From Macrostomum lignano (lineage: Eukaryota), in the NCBI GenBank assembly GCA_002269645.1, contig NIVC01002697.1, positions 1 through 64,000 on the forward strand: a stretch of DNA of 64,000 bases. Reading direction: 5' to 3'. How positions within the stretch are numbered: the stretch's first letter is position 1; the number at the start of each line of letters is the position of its first letter. The notes beneath the pieces were generated by a model. That model saw only the letters and a program-made list of their open reading frames with translations. It was not told the origin of the DNA and made no database searches. Position numbers and translations under genes: made by a program. This document shows positions 60,518-64,000 of the stretch, piece by piece.

Positions 60518-63500
60518 ATGGCGGATGATAAGTTTCAAGTCGACAAGCCGGGAAGCGGAAACTGGACTACCTGGAAGATCCAGATCAAGTTCTGTCTTAT
60601 AGCGAGGAAGCTCTGGGGAGTCGTCGACGGTTCCGTAATTCTCGCAGAGGATGCCACTCAGGAGCAAGAAAACGAATTTCGAGAGCAGCAACAGAGAGCT
60701 GCTGCAGTGATCGTTCTTTCAATCAAGAAAGAGTTAATCTATCTAATAACTTCGTGTGGCGAAGATCCACATCGTATGTGGCAAGCTCTCCAACAGCACT
60801 TCGAACGAGAATCAACTGCGAATAAGATCTATTTGAAGAAACAGCTTTTCCGGCTGCAGATGAGGGAAGGGACCCGCGTACAGGATCATATACGCCATAT
60901 GAAGGAGCTGACCGACAAACTGGCCTCTATCAACGCACCCGTCAGTGAAGAGGACCAAGTGGTCATGCTGCTCAGCAGCCTGCCTGAGAGCTACTCTACC
61001 TTGGTTACTGCCTTGGAAGCTCGCGGTGATGATCTTACACTGCAGATGGTTCACCAAGCACTCATCAACGAGGAGCAAAAGCGGAGTGAATTAAGTGAGC
61101 GAGGGTCTGGTGGTACACAGGGTGGAGAGTCTGCACTGAAGACCCAAAAAGGCCAAGGTCTGCCACGTCGTGCTATCAAATGTTTCAATTGCGGAAAGAT
61201 GGGTCACTTTGCCCGAGACTGTCGTTCAGGAGGAGCGAAAAAGTTCTTCAAGGACCAAGGGTCTGCACGGTATGTCACCAAAACAGCCGATGGTGCCGCG
61301 ACCCGGGACATCGCTGAAACCTCGCTTGATGACGACGGACCTAAAAGTAGCTGCAACGAGACATTTTTTGTGTCGCCCGCGAAGACCAGCTCTGACATAT
61401 CCACCTGGATAATTGACTCTGGAGCGTCCTGCCACATGACATACTCTAGAGAGCTACTAGTCAACTATAAGCAGTTTGGACGACCTGAACGGGTCAGCCT
61501 AGGTGATAGTCGAACAGTCGAGGCCTGCGGCAGTGGTCAGGTAAAACTCATTATGCTCCTGCCACATGGCAAGCGTTTCAAGACAGCTGTAACAGATGTA
61601 CTTCTAGTGCCTCAGCTGTCGTGCAATCTGTTTAGTGTTCGAGCAGCAGCAGCAAAGGATAAAGTGATACAGTTCGGTCACTCTAAATGCTGGATTCGCA
61701 ACAAGGATGGATTCCTTGTTGGAAAGGGATCTGTTGTTCACAGAATGTACCAGCTTGACTGTGAAGTAAAATTGCCGGCGAACACTGCGGCAGTAGCAAA
61801 TGCTGATTCACCAGACACAAGTGCAACTTTATGGCACCAGCGCCTTGGTCATGTCAACGAACACCAACTAAATCAAATGAGCAAAGACCAACTCGTGAGT
61901 GGCATCTCCAAGTTGCAGACTGCATGTGTTGACTTCTGTGAAGGATGTATCGAGGGCAAAATGCACTGCAAGCCTCATAGTTCGATTTCCGAAATCCGCT
62001 CTACCGAAAGGCTACAACTAATTCACAGCGACATATGCGGTCCTATGCAAACAGAGTCATTTGGTGGAAACAATTACTTCGTCACCTTTATTGATGACTA
62101 CTCACGCTGCGTTAAGGTTTTCTTCATGCGACAAAGGTCAGAAGTGCTTGATAAGTTTAAGAAGTTTGAAGCCATGGTTACAACAGAAACAGGACTCAAT
62201 ATCAAATCACTGCGAACTGACGGCGGCGGAGAGTATGCATCAAGCCAATTTACAAAATTCCTGGAGCAGAAGGGCATTCGGCATGAGACTACCGTGGCTC
62301 ATACACCTCAGCAAAATGGCGTTGCTGAACGGATTAATCGCACTCTCGTTGAATCAGCCCGCACAATGATGGCCCATTCTGGAGTAAGCAACCAGTTCTG
62401 GGCAGAAGCAGTAAACACCGCAGCTTATGTGCGAAATAGAGTCGTGACGACTGCTCTTACTCCGCAAATGACGCCGTACCAGCGTTGGTATGGGCGCAAA
62501 CCTAACGTTGGGCACTTTCGTGTTTTCGGCTGCGTAGCCTATGCCCACATACCAGATGTGAAGCGAAAGAAGCTAGACAAGAAGGCCGAAAAGCTACGGT
62601 TTGTTGGCTACAATACGGATGGAAGAAGCTACAGACTGTTTGATGAAAGGTTGAGAAAGACAGTCAGACAGTCATCCGCTATGATGTGGTGTTCAACGAG
62701 ACTGATTTTGGAACCTCAAAGAATAGAGCAAGAGACAAGGACGCGAGCTGGTTCAACTTGGAGCTTGATGAGCCCAATATGACAGAAGAGACACCAGGTC
62801 AAGAACAGGAACAGTCGACAGAAACTGATCAGAAGCGATATCCTCAACGTGAAAGGAGAGCCCCTGACCGTCTCAAATATGAAGGTGCAAAAGTGGCATC
62901 TGAAACCGAACACTTTGCGTTCAGAATGACCGAAATTGTCGAACCGAAAACGATCGACGAAGCCATGAAAGGTGACTGTGCGAAGCAATGGAAAGCTGCC
63001 GCTGACTCAGAATATAATTCCCTGATGGAGAATGAAACCTGGGATCTGGTACGACTACCTGAAGGACGCAAGGCAATCGGATGTAAATGGATCTTTAAGG
63101 TCAAGTATGACGGTGATGGCAAGGTAGATCGTTTTAAGGGAAGACTTGTTGCCAAGGGCTATTCACAGAAGTTCGGCATTGATTATGAAGAGACTTTCGC
63201 GCCAGTTGTAAAATTCCCATCAGTTCGTGCAATGTTGGCATTAGCGGCTAAACATGGATTACACGTTCACCAGATGGACGTTGTAACTGCCTTTTTGAAC
63301 GGCGAATTGTGCGAAGAAATTTACATGGAGCAGCCACCCGGTTTCGTCAAGCCAGGAGAGGAAGAGCTGGTCTGCAAGTTAAAGAAGTCGCTTTATGGAC
63401 TTAAGCAAGCGCCCCGCTGTTGGAACAAAGCCTTTTGTGACTACCTAACCAGAATTAACTTCGAGGAAAGCTCAGCCGAGCGGTGTCTTCATTAGGAAAA

Positions 63501-64000
63501 GGGAGGATCTCACGGCCCTAGCTGTGTACGTTGACGACCTAATACTAATTACGAAGAGTCTGGTGGAAATGCAACAAATCAAGGATGAACTTTCCAAAAG
63601 GTTCAAGATGAAAGACATGGGCGAGTTGCACTACTGTCTAGGGGTCAACATCCAAGCAAACAAGGAGGACCGCTGTATCAAGCTTAATCAGAAGCAGTAC
63701 ATAACCAAACTGCTTGAACGCTATGGACTTGCAGAGGCGAACCCAGCCTTAACTCCGATGGATCCCAACGTAAAACTAGCCAAATACGACGAGGGCAGCA
63801 AGCTAGTTGACTCTACAGTTTACCAGTCAATGGTTGGAAGCTTGCTCTATGCAGCAACTGCTACACGTCCAGACATCTCGTATGCAGTGGGAGTTGTCTC
63901 CAAGTTCAACAACAAACCAAGAGAGATACATCTAACCGCAGTAAAACGAATCTTCCGATACCTAAAGGGAACAATCGACTTTGGCCTAGAGTACAACTCT
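60518..64000 (+). pseudogene. Copia gag-pol polyprotein with two frameshifts (about 62666 and about 63490)
   Basis: Gag, CCHC knuckle CFNCGKMGHFARDC, protease WIIDSGASCHM, LWHQRLGH..CEGC, integrase IHSDICGP / LRTDGGGEY / QNGVAERINRTL, and RT motifs KGRLVAKGYSQ, HQMDVVTAFLNG, LKKSLYGLKQAPR. AVYVDDL follows in the frame open from about 63492 to the window end. Confidence 0.95.

Larger units (their letters stand above)
60190..64000 (+). mobile_element. Ty1/copia LTR retrotransposon (runs off the window end)
   Basis: 5' LTR TGTTG...CAACA, PBS, and gag-PR-IN-RT domain order. Confidence 0.97.

Noticed and set aside
60518-63495. Programmed ribosomal frameshifting in the copia pol
   Set aside because: The breaks fall inside integrase-RT coding sequence, have no slippery heptamer, and are explained by an 8-bp duplication and a small indel.

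Overview
This is eukaryotic (animal) genomic DNA. It has GC-rich, Gln/Ala-rich spliced exons, AT-rich spacers, and about half the window is tandem minisatellite. That architecture suggests a free-living flatworm such as Macrostomum (inference only). Host genes reconstructed by hand from splice sites and reading phase are: (1) the 3' part of a class V myosin (+, 8 exons, 4595-18147: end of motor, 6 IQ motifs, coiled coil, DIL cargo domain); (2) a FAM78-family gene (-, 20940-27221, with a probable GC-AG intron); (3) an RNF19/Dorfin-type RBR E3 ligase (-, 28190-32619); (4) a two-exon Gln-rich orphan (+, 35820-37288); (5) an intronless secreted protein of about 63 Ser/Tyr/Pro heptads (-, 38156-39661), whose repeat variants are all synonymous. 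Gene 5 is the most novel item and a candidate glue or eggshell protein. Mobile DNA includes a LOA/R1-type LINE (-, 1-3410), a Ty1/copia LTR element with a half-tRNA-iMet primer site (+, 60190-64000), a tRNA-derived CORE-type SINE, two hAT-type MITEs with 8-bp TSDs and a P-like MITE family. Most of the long ORFs in the supplied track are artefacts of stop-free tandem repeats. All family assignments come from motif recognition from memory; no database search was run.
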